A stretch of DNA of 32,808 nt, taken from positions 1 through 32,808 of the IMG/VR virus record IMGVR_UViG_3300012682_000681; one strand, written 5' to 3'. Made by a program: the position numbers and the translations under genes. The notes below the pieces were generated by a model. The model was not told where the DNA came from. It saw only the letters and a list, made by a program, of their open reading frames with translations, and did not search any database. This document shows positions 31,935 through 32,808 of the stretch, in pieces (positions within the stretch are counted from its first letter, which is position 1; the number at the start of each line of letters is the position of its first letter). Origin of the DNA: a virus. Taxonomy: Duplodnaviria > Caudoviricetes.

Positions 31935-32808
31935 TTACGGGCAGGTGCGGGGCGTGACGGCGGCTGGGCCGGCGCCGGACGGGCAGACGGTGGAGGTGAG
32001 GCGGATCGACTCGCACCCGAGCTTCAGGACGCCGATCCACTCCTCCATGAACAGCTGCAGGTCGTTGGTCCGGTTCAGCGTCGAGTCGCGAACCAGGCCG
32101 ACGTCGAGCGTGCCCCCGTCCATCCGCCCGAACGTGCCGGGGGCGTGCAGGTAGCTGGTGACCAGGGTCGGCCACTTGTTCAGCGCTCCGGCAGCCTGCG
32201 GCGTGTCGAACTTCTGGCCCCGGCCGGTGGCCGAGTCGTTGTACCAGACGGCCACGATGTTCCGGTCCCGCAGGTAGGCGGTGGCCTGGGCGTCGGTGAT
32301 GTTGAACACCTCCGGCGAGCCGAACTGGTTCATGGCGATGTCGAGCTTCAGCAGCTCGATCGACCAGTCGGGGGCTTCCATGACGATCGGGGCGGTGCGG
32401 CGCATCCCGGCACGCTTCCGGTAGGCGACCGCTGCGGTCGTCCAGTCGTAGATCAGGTTCCGCGACGCCCCGTACGGCCCGGTGCTGCTGACCGCGGTCG
32501 AGTTCGAGTCGATGTAGTCGAGGTAGAACACCTCCTTGCGGGAGGCGAGGGCCACGGCGACGTCCTCGAGGAACGCGGCGACCTGCTCGGGGAAGGTCCG
32601 GTAGTGCAGGTTGCCGAAGTAGATGCACTGGGAGATCGGGTTCACGACGGCGTCGAGGATCGGCGGGCAGTCGACCCGGGCGCAGTTCTTCCACGTGGCC
32701 TGGTTGGCCGGGTCGATGGCCGACTCGGCCTTCATGTCGATGGCAGCCGCAGCGTCCGCCTTCATGAAGTCGCAGGCGCCGCCGATGTACCGGACCTGGC
32801 CCCGGGGC
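31935..32808 (-). CDS. Major capsid protein, 5' end beyond the window
   Basis: Frame open to the edge (PRGQVRYI..); K.CARVDCP..CIYFGN..FPEQV..GTF..DGGTLDVGLVRDSTLNRTNDLQLFMEEW. Confidence 0.88.
   Translation of the reverse strand, partial: PRGQVRYIGGACDFMKADAAAAIDMKAESAIDPANQATWKNCARVDCPPILDAVVNPISQCIYFGNLHYRTFPEQVAAFLEDVAVALASRKEVFYLDYIDSNSTAVSSTGPYGASRNLIYDWTTAAVAYRKRAGMRRTAPIVMEAPDWSIELLKLDIAMNQFGSPEVFNITDAQATAYLRDRNIVAVWYNDSATGRGQKFDTPQAAGALNKWPTLVTSYLHAPGTFGRMDGGTLDVGLVRDSTLNRTNDLQLFMEEWIGVLKLGCESIRLTSTVCPSGAGPAAVTPRTCP

Overview
The whole window is high-GC, actinobacterial-type tailed-phage or prophage DNA. I see no host genes, RNA genes or CRISPR arrays. The left 13.6 kb is almost all on the minus strand. 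It carries a truncated M15-peptidase endolysin, a candidate DNA-modification cluster (TET-associated-type glycosyltransferase, ParB-like protein, GNAT, methyltransferase), a second ParB, a replication initiator with four internal iterons, a helicase loader-like protein, DUF2303, HNH, an excisionase-like HTH and a Rad52/Sak annealase. The right 19 kb is a rearranged virion region. A plus-strand tail block (tape measure, minor tail proteins, fibre 1) faces a minus-strand block (major capsid, major tail, adaptor, fibre 2, tyrosine recombinase, two glycosyltransferases, methyltransferase, tail terminator), with a lone plus-strand capsid pentamer-like gene inside it. The most notable observations are: (1) a small ORF missed by the ORF track with an in-frame UGA at a Cys-like position followed by a SECIS-like hairpin, a candidate phage selenoprotein; (2) a probable -1 frameshift giving the major tail protein a Gly-Tyr tail, with similar tails on two other virion proteins that are each coupled to a fibre gene sharing one N-terminal anchor; (3) those fibre starts form a 156-bp inverted repeat around the recombinase; (4) a shared TGTCAC-N9-YANNNT promoter motif before three recombination genes; (5) two candidate structured RNAs. 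All product calls come from motif recognition by eye; no database searches were run.
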